A stretch of 64,000 nt of DNA from Deltaproteobacteria bacterium (GTDB taxonomy: Bacteria > Desulfobacterota_D > UBA1144 > Nemesobacterales > CSP1-2). Every line of letters starts with the position of its first letter. The stretch's first letter is position 1. The DNA lies in NCBI GenBank assembly GCA_052390235.1, contig JBQTHB010000002.1, positions 256,001-320,000 on the forward strand, in the 5' to 3' direction. Of this stretch, positions 48,701-58,534 are shown one piece after another. The notes below the pieces were generated by a model that saw only the letters and a list, made by a program, of their open reading frames with translations, searched no databases and was not told the origin of the DNA. Made by a program: the position numbers and the translations under genes.

Positions 48701-49345
48701 CAGGAGAGAAGTTTCAATCCCTTATAGGTAGGCTAAGAACATGTATTCTCTGCCTGCGTCTTCGTCTGAAGATGAGGTTTCAATCCCTTATAGGTAGGCT
48801 AAGAACGCAGATATCCTTTATGCCCGTGAAATCGGAGATACGGGTTTCAATCCCTTATAGGTAGGCTAAGAACATGAGTAACCCTGAGAAGATAGAGAAG
48901 AATTTACGCCCGTTTCAATCCCTTATAGGTAGGCTAAGAACGATGCTATCTCCAAACTAGAAATCACCGGAGAAGCAGTTTCAATCCCTTATAGGTAGGC
49001 TAAGAACATGAAGAGTCAAAAGCAGTCAAATCAAAGCGCCTCACACGGTTTCAATCCCTTATAGGTAGGCTAAGAACTCGGAGATACGGTGAAAGTTTTA
49101 CGCGGATGGAGCTAGTTTCAATCCCTTATAGGTAGGCTAAGAACATTTCTCTTCGGATTTGGTGTTCGTTTTCCATTATGTGTTTCAATCCCTTATAGGT
49201 AGGCTAAGAACGCGTTTAAGGTTTCTTCTTGTGCTAGTACACTGCGAAGTTTCAATCCCTTATAGGTAGGCTAAGAACTTTCAACGATGAGCTATTCCTA
49301 CAAACCAAAGCCTAGGTTTCAATCCCTTATAGGTAGGCTAAGAAC
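42789..49345 (-). CRISPR. CRISPR array, 99 repeats / 98 spacers (manual count), type I-B
   Basis: 30-nt repeat GTTTCAATCCCTTATAGGTAGGCTAAGAAC (transcribed GTTCTTAGCCTACCTATAAGGGATTGAAAC, ending in the ATTGAAAC handle); spacers 35-40 nt. Confidence 0.99.
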
Positions 49346-49515
49346 CCATTTCTCCCCAATAAATTCAGCATTTTCGATTATCAAAGAACAATATCTAAAC
49401 TTAAACCTCTTATTTAACATTCTATGAAAACTCCCTGAAATTTCAACATTTTCCCTAAGTTTGCCTCTTCCGTCTATCCTCCGGTGTTTTTACGCTATTG
49501 GGGGTGGACGGAAAA
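49346..49515 (-). promoter_or_regulatory. CRISPR leader
   Basis: AT-rich 170 nt between cas2 stop and first repeat; distal inverted repeat TTCCGTC...GACGGAA. Confidence 0.8.
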
Positions 49516-49779
49516 TCAGATGAATCTCTCTTCGCCTCCTTTTTTCACCCCTATGAGTAGCCGGTCGGTGTATTTGGTCGTCCTAAATGTGTAGAATATC
49601 AGAGAGTCGTAATCTTTGTCAATTATGGCTGTTAGCTCGTATCTGAGCTTCTCGAATTGCGCCTCAGTGAGTTCGCCTTCGAGCACGGAATTCTGCACCC
49701 AATACAGATATTTGCGGGCGGTTTTCAGCACCTTGGCGACTCTCTTTTGCCCAACGTCATAGACTAGGATGATGTTCAT
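49516..49779 (-). CDS. cas2: CRISPR-associated endonuclease Cas2
   Basis: ILVYDV, WVQNSVLEGEL, DSLIFY. Confidence 0.96.
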   Translation of the reverse strand: MNIILVYDVGQKRVAKVLKTARKYLYWVQNSVLEGELTEAQFEKLRYELTAIIDKDYDSLIFYTFRTTKYTDRLLIGVKKGGEERFI

Positions 49780-49816
49780 AATTCATGATACATGATGTAT
49801 CGCGCATCTCGGCAAA

Positions 49817-50818
49817 TCACCACTCCCACAGAAACGGCGTATATTCCTCCTCCCCCATGAGGTGCTTTTCCAATTTATATAGCTCAAGCCTTATGAGCCG
49901 TCTATTCGACACGGGCTTCCCAATTTTCTTATGAGTGATGGTTGTCTCAAGCCTCTCCTCAAACTCCCTGGAAAATATCTTTGCGCCGTCTTCATTCATG
50001 ACCACGCCGTCCATTTTTTTCTCGAAATGGTTTTTCTGGAGTTGCCCCTTGTTGACGAGCGAGAATATCATCCTATCAACGAAAATGGGTTTGAACACCT
50101 CCGCCACATCCAAATTGAGCGTGAATCGCCTGAAATTCGTCGTGTGAAGAAACCCGATGCGCGGGTCTAGGTGGGTTTTATAGATTTCGCTCAGCACAGT
50201 TGTGTAGAGTAGGGAGTTGCCGAAGCTGATGAGGGCGTTTAGGCGGTTTTTAGGCGGGCGGCGGGTGCGGGATTCAAATTTGAAATCGCCATCTTCAATA
50301 ATCCCATCGAATGTGGAGTAATAAGCCTCTCGGATGTTCCCTTCAATCGCCATGAGGGAGTCTGTCGCCTCCTGCTTCGGGATGCTCTCGGAAAGGGCTG
50401 AGATGTAATCCGAGGTTTTGCCGATGTCCGCGCTCTCTTTCCTTCGGGCGTAGTAGTCAATGACTTTACGGATGTTGCCGACTGCGCCTTCGATGAATTT
50501 GCGGGCTATGGCGATTCTGGCTTTGGGGTCGTTGTAGTAGGTTGCCTGCTTCAGCGTCATGTAGCCTGAGTTTAGGTGTTCGCGCGGGTAGAAACTGCCG
50601 ATGTAGTATTGATAGTGGTTGAAGAAGTGGAGGGTTATCTCTTTTTGCGATGCGAATTCCAGAAACCGCTTATTCAGCGTAACCTCGCCAAATATCATGA
50701 GCTCCTGCGTTCCCTCGACGGGGATAAATTTCTTCTCGCCCCGCTCGTTCTCGAAATAAATTGTGTTGTCCTTGCGCTTAAGCTCGCCGTCGCTGAAGAT
50801 GAATATGCGTGTTTTCAT
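49817..50818 (-). CDS. cas1: CRISPR-associated endonuclease Cas1 (I-B)
   Basis: GELKRKDNT, EGNIR, RRPPKNRLNALISFGN, LDVAEVFKP. Confidence 0.97.
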   Translation of the reverse strand: MKTRIFIFSDGELKRKDNTIYFENERGEKKFIPVEGTQELMIFGEVTLNKRFLEFASQKEITLHFFNHYQYYIGSFYPREHLNSGYMTLKQATYYNDPKARIAIARKFIEGAVGNIRKVIDYYARRKESADIGKTSDYISALSESIPKQEATDSLMAIEGNIREAYYSTFDGIIEDGDFKFESRTRRPPKNRLNALISFGNSLLYTTVLSEIYKTHLDPRIGFLHTTNFRRFTLNLDVAEVFKPIFVDRMIFSLVNKGQLQKNHFEKKMDGVVMNEDGAKIFSREFEERLETTITHKKIGKPVSNRRLIRLELYKLEKHLMGEEEYTPFLWEW

Positions 50819-50870
50819 CTTTTTCTAGGTTCTAGAGTGGTTTTCACACTAGTTTAATCCTTATGAAGCT

Positions 50871-51010
50871 GTCATGCCCGAAGTAGTAATTGGGCATCCA
50901 TGTCTTCAACTACTAGATTCCCGGCTTAAAAACTGCGGGAATGACAACCTCTTGCATCTTGCCCAGGATACCGGAGTTTCTGTCCGGTCTCTGGATACTG
51001 CGGGAATGAC
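50871..51010. repeat. REP-like palindromes between cas4 and cas1
   Basis: GTCATGCCCG..GGGCATCCA and TAGATTCCCG..CGGGAATGAC units. Confidence 0.8.
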
Positions 51011-51036
51011 ATCCCGCATCCTCCGTGCGTTACGCT

Positions 51037-51546
51037 TTAACTCCAGCAAAACTCCCGATATCCGCAGTTTGTGCAGTAGCCAATCTTTACCGCTTTTGGC
51101 GGAAGCTCCTGTGCGGCGATTCTCTTGATTTCATCAATTGCCCCCTCAAGCTCCGCAACCAACGCCTCGGTGAGCGAGACCTTCTCCTTCCTCTTCTCCT
51201 TCGGAAAAAGAAGCTCCCCTTCAGCCTCGATGCCGTAATCCCGCAGAACGTACAGATAGTAGGCAAGCTGCATCCTTGCCGCCTCTATCGCTTTTGAGCT
51301 TTTCTTAATCTCGCCGACCACGACTTTATCCTCATCGAGCCGCGTGAGGTCAATCACAACATTTTCGAGATGAATCTGCTTTTTATCTCTCTGATACGTG
51401 TTTTCGTTTATAAACCTCCCAAGCTCTATAAATGCATTGTCCTGATCCGGCACGATGTTCCTCGTCATAAGCCAAAGCTCTCGGCGGCAGATGTAGTAGC
51501 AGTCAATGAGAGTACCGTTCACTTTAAATTCGCTCTCGGCTACCAA
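51037..51546 (-). CDS. cas4: CRISPR-associated exonuclease Cas4
   Basis: YYICRRELW, IDL...EIKKS, QLAYYLY, CxxCxYxxxC; TTG start overlapping cas3 stop. Confidence 0.95.
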   Translation of the reverse strand: MVAESEFKVNGTLIDCYYICRRELWLMTRNIVPDQDNAFIELGRFINENTYQRDKKQIHLENVVIDLTRLDEDKVVVGEIKKSSKAIEAARMQLAYYLYVLRDYGIEAEGELLFPKEKRKEKVSLTEALVAELEGAIDEIKRIAAQELPPKAVKIGYCTNCGYREFCWS

Positions 51547-53969
51547 ATTGCCACGCCTCCTTTTAATTTATATCCGGTCTCAAAGTCGTAATACTCATCA
51601 ATCTGGGAGCTTGAGACGAACGGCATTCCTTCGTCTATGGCAGGCAGGTTCACCCCCCCTCGCTTCGGCACGGAAACCGAATATTCATAAAACTTTGCCT
51701 TTATTTTATCAAACTTCTCTCTTCTCTCGAACGGATTTTGTGTTTCTCTTATATCTAAAAACTTTTCCCAAATATTTATTGCCTCATTATCAAACTGGAT
51801 GAAAATATCTACTTTCTCGTAATCCTCTTCAATCAATCTAAAAGTCCATATACCGTTATCTCCATCGTAGTTCAGCCTGTAGAAGGCTTTGAGAATGTCT
51901 CTGGATTTCTGGTCGGATTTTGCCTCGGCAATAAGTTTATAGTATTCATCAATAAGGTTTAAAAACTCGCTTTCACCGATTTCCTCTCTACCGGAAAGCA
52001 CTTTTCGGGTTCTGTCCAAAAGTATCGAGTCTTTGTTGTAAATGTAGGTTGAGTATTCTCTTCCGGTTTTTCCATCTCTGAGCCTTATGACTCTTATCTC
52101 CCTGCCTGCCGATAGTCCGTTTCTGTTACATCTCCCCGCAGACTGATTGATCGAATCAAGCGGGCAGAAGTCTCGATAAACAACGTCGAAGTCAATATCC
52201 ACTCCCGCCTCGACAAGCTGAGTAGTAACGGCGATCCTCTTTTTCCTTTCTCTGATTTCGTCAATCCTCCTGAGTCTTTCTTTTGGAATCACGTGAGTTG
52301 AAAGGTATGTCATCTCTTCTCGCTTTAATCCACTTTCTCTGAGAAGGCTGTAAAATTCCTTTGCCGAGCCGATTGTGTTGAAGATGAAAAGAAATCTCTT
52401 GTCGCCCTTCAGAGCTTCAGTGATTACCGAACCTGCAAATTCTCTGATGGTTCTGGATTCGGCTATATCAGGCTTCAGAATTACTCTGTGCAAGCTACTA
52501 AAATATTTCTCTCTCTCGACAAGTGAAACTGTTTCTCCTCGTTTGAAAATCAGCGGCTCAGTTGCGGTTACAAATATGAAATATGTGCTGAATTTCTCAG
52601 CCATGAAGCGGATTATATCGCGCATGAGAAGCCAGTATTTATGAGGGATTGCCTGAATCTCATCCAAGATTACGATGCTTCCCGCGATACGGTGAAACTT
52701 CCTTATGCTGCGGTTTTTATTGGAAATCAGCGTATGGAAAAGCTGTATGAACGTCGTAACGACAATCTCGGAGTTCCAGCCCTCAATCATAATATTCGAG
52801 GCGTCGAACTCAAAATCCTCATAATCAGTTTTCCAATGGTAATTTACATCCGCCAGATGGTGGTGCTTGAGCAGAACCGGGCTCAGTGGCTCAATATCAC
52901 TTGCCTTGAGCGCGTCCTCAAAAACTTTACAATTCTGGTCAATTACGCTTAGGAATGGCAGAGAATAAATTATGCGAGAACTGTTGCTTCTGTCTTTCTG
53001 CATCTTCTCTCTTAGCTTCAGCGCAAAGGCAAGCGAGGTAAGGGTTTTCCCAAGACCTGTGGGAAGGTTTATTGAGTAAATCTTCTCATCAAGATTTATC
53101 TCACGGCTCAGAACTTCTTGAAACGCTTGTTCCCGAAGCTCGTCAATGTCTTTCTTTTCCCAATTCTGCTTCTGTTTATAACAGCTCACAATTTCATGGC
53201 TGAGATTAATTTTGCTCCCGAAGTTTGCTATTTCTTCTCTATCTTTTTCTGATACGGCTACTTCATTTTTATCGGCGTCTAGCAAGAGGGAGTAAATAAG
53301 GTGAATCAGAAAGTAGTAATCGTAGCTCTCTTTCCCATACATCGCCTCATATTCGTCTAGCATTTCGTAGCTTGCGTCTTTTATTTTCTTGAATCTCTCG
53401 CAGAGCCATTCATAAGAGAAAGGGCTGCCAAGCTTTTCAAGTAAGACGTTGAACTTTTGCTTATCGATACTTTCAAGCTGTTCCTGAAGGAGAGAAATAT
53501 CACTGTCTTGAAACTCTATCTCACAGTTATATACATCCCCAAGGTTGCCGTGATGACGTTTGCACACCAGAAACGAGGCAATCGGAACAAATCTAAAAAG
53601 ACCGTCGTATTTACCCTCTCTTTGCAGAAGTTCTTTTGTGAGGAAGTAAGCTATTACCGAGCCAAAAAGGGCGTGAGAGCTCTTTCTGCTTTTCAGCTTT
53701 TCCCTCTCTTCGCGAGTTTTCGCCGTAATATATTGCTGAAAATAAGATGTAGCCTTTCCCAGATCGTGGGATGTCGTTATGATTTTTGCTACTTTCCTGA
53801 GCGTTTCTTTGTCAATAATACCAGCGGGATTATTTTCCAGAGAAAGCAGGGCGAGGTCGGTTACGGCTTGGGTGTGGTTTTCTAGGAATTTGCCCGGATG
53901 AGAAAATAATCCGGATTCTGTATTAATGCTTTCAACAATAAAGTTATTGGATTGGTTCTCATTTGCCAT
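51540..53969 (-). CDS. cas3: CRISPR-associated helicase/HD nuclease Cas3
   Basis: HDLGK HD domain, LPTGLGKT, LDEIQ, TAT, QLVEAGVDIDF, QSAGRCNR. Confidence 0.97.
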   Translation of the reverse strand: MANENQSNNFIVESINTESGLFSHPGKFLENHTQAVTDLALLSLENNPAGIIDKETLRKVAKIITTSHDLGKATSYFQQYITAKTREEREKLKSRKSSHALFGSVIAYFLTKELLQREGKYDGLFRFVPIASFLVCKRHHGNLGDVYNCEIEFQDSDISLLQEQLESIDKQKFNVLLEKLGSPFSYEWLCERFKKIKDASYEMLDEYEAMYGKESYDYYFLIHLIYSLLLDADKNEVAVSEKDREEIANFGSKINLSHEIVSCYKQKQNWEKKDIDELREQAFQEVLSREINLDEKIYSINLPTGLGKTLTSLAFALKLREKMQKDRSNSSRIIYSLPFLSVIDQNCKVFEDALKASDIEPLSPVLLKHHHLADVNYHWKTDYEDFEFDASNIMIEGWNSEIVVTTFIQLFHTLISNKNRSIRKFHRIAGSIVILDEIQAIPHKYWLLMRDIIRFMAEKFSTYFIFVTATEPLIFKRGETVSLVEREKYFSSLHRVILKPDIAESRTIREFAGSVITEALKGDKRFLFIFNTIGSAKEFYSLLRESGLKREEMTYLSTHVIPKERLRRIDEIRERKKRIAVTTQLVEAGVDIDFDVVYRDFCPLDSINQSAGRCNRNGLSAGREIRVIRLRDGKTGREYSTYIYNKDSILLDRTRKVLSGREEIGESEFLNLIDEYYKLIAEAKSDQKSRDILKAFYRLNYDGDNGIWTFRLIEEDYEKVDIFIQFDNEAINIWEKFLDIRETQNPFERREKFDKIKAKFYEYSVSVPKRGGVNLPAIDEGMPFVSSSQIDEYYDFETGYKLKGGVAIW

Positions 53970-54005
53970 GCTGAATCTTCACCTCATTCCATGAGCGGAG
54001 AAGCC

Positions 54006-54254
54006 ATCATTCCCATGCAAACGGGAATCCGGCATTTAAAATCACTAGATTCCCACTTTCGTGGGAATGACAACTACTGCTCTATTGTTTGCCTCTTTGT
54101 CATTCCCGCAGTCTTTTGAGCGGGAATCCAGCAGTTCTGAATACTGGATTATCAATTTCGTGGTAATAACGCCTAGATAGTTTGTCATTCTCGAACGCTT
54201 TATCGAGAATTCAGCAGTTCTCAAATACTAGATTCCCGTTTTCACGGGAATGAC
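54006..54254. repeat. Three inverted REP-like pairs between cas5 and cas3
   Basis: (G)TCATTCCC..GGGAATCC / GATTCCC..GGGAATGAC doublets. Confidence 0.9.
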
Positions 54255-54278
54255 AACATAGCCAATTACCGAACCACT

Positions 54279-55004
54279 TTAGAGGAACATGATTCTTTCT
54301 CCATTTTCTATTTCCCAAAATCGCTGTGGAATAACAACAAAGGATTTTCCTTCAGCTTCGTACATCACCTCTCCGTATTCTGTAACCACTCTGTCTGTTG
54401 TCATCTCCATCGGTATTTTCTCTTTAAAATACTTTTTCCCCGGCTCAAATTTTATGCTGTCTTTCTTCTTTATAAGCCCCGAAAGAGGCACGACTGAACC
54501 AATCTCCGCTTCGGTTTCCATTTTTTCTAAAATGCCGAACTCTCCGACGTAGGAGAAATTGCATAACAACTCGCTCAAGCCTAAGCAGGGCGTATAAACC
54601 GATTTATGCCGGCTCAGATTATCTCTCAGACTTTCATAAAGCCATTGGTCGGTGTGAGAAATGTATATTCTAAACTTTGGATATTTTAAAAATTCGGTTC
54701 TAATTTGGGTTCTAGGTTCATGACCGCTCTTTTTAATCAGAGTCCAGCAGTTCCCCTTAGTGTTGATGAGGTTTATGCCGATTCTAGTCTTTTTCACAGG
54801 GTTTAAAAGCCTGATTCCTATGCTCGCATCCTTTTTAGAGAAATGTTTAAGATATTCGTCTTTGCCTAATCCGATGATAGCCGCAAGAAGCCCTGTAACC
54901 GAAGTTCTAGGAGGAATCGAGAACGTAAGCGGCGAAGAGGTCGTGTAGAATTTCCTGAAATGTGCATAATCTCCCCACACATCAAATACAAGAACTTTGT
55001 CCAT
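54279..55004 (-). CDS. cas5: Type I-B Cas5
   Basis: FDVWGDYAHFRK, PPRTSVTGLLAAIIG, YTPCLG. Confidence 0.95.
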   Translation of the reverse strand: MDKVLVFDVWGDYAHFRKFYTTSSPLTFSIPPRTSVTGLLAAIIGLGKDEYLKHFSKKDASIGIRLLNPVKKTRIGINLINTKGNCWTLIKKSGHEPRTQIRTEFLKYPKFRIYISHTDQWLYESLRDNLSRHKSVYTPCLGLSELLCNFSYVGEFGILEKMETEAEIGSVVPLSGLIKKKDSIKFEPGKKYFKEKIPMEMTTDRVVTEYGEVMYEAEGKSFVVIPQRFWEIENGERIMFL

Positions 55005-55038
55005 TGTGAGCCTCTTTCTTTGTTTGTTTTTTTGTTTT

Positions 55039-55110
55039 GTTATTCCCGAATATTTCTATCGGGAATCCAGTATTTAAAACTATGTGGATTCCCACTTTCG
55101 TGGGAATGAC
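55039..55110. repeat. Inverted REP-like pair directly downstream of GIY-YIG gene
   Basis: GTTATTCCCGA..TCGGGAATCCA-linker-TGGATTCCCACTTTCGTGGGAATGAC. Confidence 0.9.
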
Positions 55111-55118
55111 AAGTTAAA

Positions 55119-55409
55119 TTATCTCGTCAACTCATCATACAAATCCTTCCAATCAGGATTCACATTCTCAATAAGTTCGATTTTCCATTTCCGGTTCCAT
55201 TTCTTCAGCCTTTTTTCTCTCTCAATGGCGCTATGTACATCGTTTGTTTGCTCATAATAAACCAAATCATGTACGCAGTATTTTTCGGTGAATCCCCTAG
55301 CTATGTTGCTTTTGTGTTCATAGACTCTCTTGAGCAAGTTATTTGTAACGCCAATATAGAGCGTGCCGTTCTTTTTACTAGCCATAATATAAACGTAGTA
55401 AATATTCAT
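55119..55409 (-). CDS. Stand-alone GIY-YIG nuclease (96 aa)
   Basis: YYVYIM..NGTLYIGVT..L.KR..EH, YYE, AIEREKRLKKWNRKWK, NPDWKDL. Confidence 0.93.
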   Translation of the reverse strand: MNIYYVYIMASKKNGTLYIGVTNNLLKRVYEHKSNIARGFTEKYCVHDLVYYEQTNDVHSAIEREKRLKKWNRKWKIELIENVNPDWKDLYDELTR

Positions 55410-55465
55410 ATATGCCCGCTAGTTATTAATTCACACCCTCGACGAAAGATAACCCCTCGACCATT

Positions 55466-55737
55466 GTCATTCCCGAACGTTTCTATCGGGAATCCACTTA
55501 TTATTTAAATACTGGATTTCCACTTTAGTGGGAATGACGCCTACATGGTTTGTCATTCTCGAACGCTCCCAGTCCAATACTTTCGGGGACAGTCCTTACC
55601 GAGAATCCATCAGTTCTGAAATACCGGATTCCCACTTTCGTGGTAATGATGCCTGTATGATTTGTCATTCTCGCAGTCTTTTGAGCGGGAATCCACTCAT
55701 TCCTTCAATACTGGATTCCCGTTTTCACGGGAATGAC
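55466..55737. repeat. Three inverted REP-like pairs upstream of GIY-YIG gene
   Basis: GTCATTC(C/T)CG..GAATCCA / GGATTCCC..GGGAATGAC doublets. Confidence 0.9.
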
Positions 55738-55780
55738 AGACTAAAGATTGGAAATGGCATCTCACAATGACATATCGGAA

Positions 55781-56743
55781 TCACACCTTCATTTCTTGAA
55801 CTGTAATCCCGTTAAATAACTCCGTGATAGGTCTCGGCGTAATCTGAACCCTACCGTCCACTTTGTACTCCACTCTCTCTATCTTCTCTTTGTGCGTGGA
55901 AAGGGCCTTGGCAAGCTCTGTAAGGTCAAGTGAGACCTCTGAAATATCTCTTATCGCCTCGTCCTGCTTTTCTCCTTTCTCAAGTCGTACCATCTTATCC
56001 AAATCCCCAATGTGGAAATTCCCTTCTTTATAAACCACCCTGAGAAGCAACCTCGGCATCTGCCCAGCCTTCGAGCGTGAGATGAGGTTTTTCGTGCCAT
56101 TCCATATCCCATCCATAAGAAGCGACATATCGCCTTCCGTAAGCCTCGTCTCTTTCGCTGCATTCTCATTGGCAACGCCCCAAAAGGCGATTAGCGAATA
56201 AGACAGGAAGTACTCTTCTCGGAATGATTTTTGCCCTTTTCCTTCTACTGCGAATGCAGCCGTACCTTTTATATACTGAAGATTTACCCTATGGAGAGAA
56301 GCGCCCATTTTAAATTGGACAGGCCCGGTATGAGTTATTGAATCTTTGTCTAGTGGAAGTGTTGTGCCGAAGAGTCGTATATCAATACACTCTTTTAAAA
56401 CATTCTCATTTATGATTTTCTTCATCTCAACTGCGCTGACACTTCCTTTCTTCATTCTGCTTCCCGCCGAATCGGTAAAGAAGTGTTTGGCTCTCTGCTT
56501 CGCATCCTGCAATGTTCCCTTTTCTTCATCTGCAAATATTTCCCTTACAAATATTTCCTTCCCCTTAAAATCCTTCAGATAATCTCTGACAGTCCGCTTG
56601 AGTCTCACATCCGTTACGAAGTTCTTTCCGGTCTCTTCGTCAATTCTCGGTTTGTTCTCGTCAACCGGGTCGCCGTTCGGGTTAGCGTTGCTTACGTCGT
56701 AGAGAAATAAAATCTCCGAGCGGTTTTTTATGATTTCACTCAT
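55781..56743 (-). CDS. cas7: Type I-B Cas7 (Csh2)
   Basis: NPNGDP..ENKPRID, TDVRLKRTVRDYL, DIRLFG, TGPVQF, SRSKAGQMPR. Confidence 0.95.
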   Translation of the reverse strand: MSEIIKNRSEILFLYDVSNANPNGDPVDENKPRIDEETGKNFVTDVRLKRTVRDYLKDFKGKEIFVREIFADEEKGTLQDAKQRAKHFFTDSAGSRMKKGSVSAVEMKKIINENVLKECIDIRLFGTTLPLDKDSITHTGPVQFKMGASLHRVNLQYIKGTAAFAVEGKGQKSFREEYFLSYSLIAFWGVANENAAKETRLTEGDMSLLMDGIWNGTKNLISRSKAGQMPRLLLRVVYKEGNFHIGDLDKMVRLEKGEKQDEAIRDISEVSLDLTELAKALSTHKEKIERVEYKVDGRVQITPRPITELFNGITVQEMKV

Positions 56744-58503
56744 TGCTTTCCCTCCTCCATGGTTTCTTTTTTCTCATAAACGATATTTGTTATCTCTTTA
56801 GCCAGATTCATCCCGCAGGCGAAGTAGAAATTTATTTCGTCATTGGAGAGCTTCCATCCGTTACCGGCTTCGAGCAGGTAAAAAGAGACGGCTTCGGCAA
56901 TCGCTCTTTTTCCTTTATCGAAGGATTTATACTCTTCCAGCTTGTTCTGCACCTTTGGGAGCAGTCCTTTGATTTCTTTCTCGCTCAGTTTAAGCCCCTG
57001 AAGCTGTTTTATGAACGGTTTGGACTTTTTGTCCTCATACTGCGTCCAGAAAAGCAGTTCGGTTAAAGCTCCTAAAAGGAAAATCCCTCTCGCCGCAGGT
57101 GTTGTGAAAGACTTTCCATACTTCTCGAAAAACGGAGAAAAACTTTCTGTACTCATTGCGACCTCCTCGAATTTGATAAGACCTAGCTTTTCAAAAAAGA
57201 GCATGTCCAGTACTGCATCTCTTACGTCGAAAAAGAATTTGCCTCCTGTTTCTATATCTAAAAAATCTCTCCTTATTTTGTTCATCATAACCTGGAGAAT
57301 GAAATGAAAATCGAGATTTCCTCCTTTGAAGGTTTTATCCACTATTTCAAGGAAATATTTATCAAGGTCATTGCTCTTCTTCCCCTCATCCGACTTCTGA
57401 AAAAACTGCCTTATTCTCCTGAAGTTGAACTCAAATTTTTCGCCGAAAATCTTATCAACCTCGTCTTTCTTCTCCATTATCGTTCTGAGCCTTGAAGGAA
57501 GCACGTCTTCAACCAACAGGAGTATTCTCTCCACGCCGCCAGATTGCTCTCTGCTTAGGAAGAAAAAGTTAAACGTCAGATAGTCGTTTTCTTGAGACAG
57601 CGTTCTCCAAATTCTGTTCTCTCTTACTACTATCTCCTTCTTGTCTGTGAGGCTTTGCTCATGTTTATTTATCATTTCAAAAATTCGGAATATTCTCTCT
57701 CTCAGTTCATCGCCGCCGAACATAAATTTAGGGACAATATAGTAACGCAGCCCGTAGAAGCTAAATCCGAGATTTGCCAAAACGAACTTCTTCCCTTCCT
57801 CAAGGCTCTGCTTGCACTCTCCGCAAACCGGATAATTCTTCCAAGCCTCTTCTTTCCTAAACCCGCCGCTTATAAATCCTGGCTTGTCATTCGTATAAAA
57901 CTTGAAAATATCAACTACAAATACTGCATCTTTTGTCTTACTACATAGCGAGCAGAGCTTGTCCTTGCTTGTTAATCTTGCATCTCTTTTAGCTGCGGCT
58001 TGAACTAGATAGCTTTGAAACGCCTCAAAGTCGCCAATATATTTCTCATCGTCTCCGTCTTTTACCTTCACAGTTAACATCGCTTTTTTCTGTGTTTCAT
58101 AACTTTTGACAGCATTTGCTATATTTTCTATATCGCTGATAAATGCGGTTTTTAAATTTGTGAGAAACGCTTTGCCGTCTTCGCCAATTTGAAAGGGAGA
58201 CAAATCCATCTTCTCAAACCATCCCTGAATTTTCCTAGGAAAAGTCTTGTCAAACTCCTTTAGCATAGCTGCAGGTGTGAAATTTACTCCATTTTTAGAG
58301 CCTGTTCTGTAGAGATACTTATTTACTTTCCCCAGATCGAACTCCTCTAGCTTTACTTCTAAGAACTTAAAACCTTCCTCATGCTTTTCAAAAACTATGG
58401 CAATTACATTTTCAGCATTCGGTTTCTCAATAAGTGTGCTGAGAAGAGTTTTATTTCCCCTCTTTAAAATCGTGTCTCCCAGTTCTTTGACTGCTTGTAT
58501 CAT
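56740..58503 (-). CDS. cas8b: Type I-B Cas8b (Csh1)
   Basis: Position between cas6 and cas7; CxxC...FYTNDKPGF...YPVCGEC; FLLGAL; NFYFACGM. Confidence 0.9.
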   Translation of the reverse strand: MIQAVKELGDTILKRGNKTLLSTLIEKPNAENVIAIVFEKHEEGFKFLEVKLEEFDLGKVNKYLYRTGSKNGVNFTPAAMLKEFDKTFPRKIQGWFEKMDLSPFQIGEDGKAFLTNLKTAFISDIENIANAVKSYETQKKAMLTVKVKDGDDEKYIGDFEAFQSYLVQAAAKRDARLTSKDKLCSLCSKTKDAVFVVDIFKFYTNDKPGFISGGFRKEEAWKNYPVCGECKQSLEEGKKFVLANLGFSFYGLRYYIVPKFMFGGDELRERIFRIFEMINKHEQSLTDKKEIVVRENRIWRTLSQENDYLTFNFFFLSREQSGGVERILLLVEDVLPSRLRTIMEKKDEVDKIFGEKFEFNFRRIRQFFQKSDEGKKSNDLDKYFLEIVDKTFKGGNLDFHFILQVMMNKIRRDFLDIETGGKFFFDVRDAVLDMLFFEKLGLIKFEEVAMSTESFSPFFEKYGKSFTTPAARGIFLLGALTELLFWTQYEDKKSKPFIKQLQGLKLSEKEIKGLLPKVQNKLEEYKSFDKGKRAIAEAVSFYLLEAGNGWKLSNDEINFYFACGMNLAKEITNIVYEKKETMEEGKQ

Positions 58504-58534
58504 AGGTTAGTCCTCATCTTTGTTGTCTAAAAGT

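Noticed and set aside
43968..48864. ORFs 43968-44201 and 48679-48864
   Set aside because: Translations of CRISPR repeats and spacers (recurring FQSLIGRLRT)
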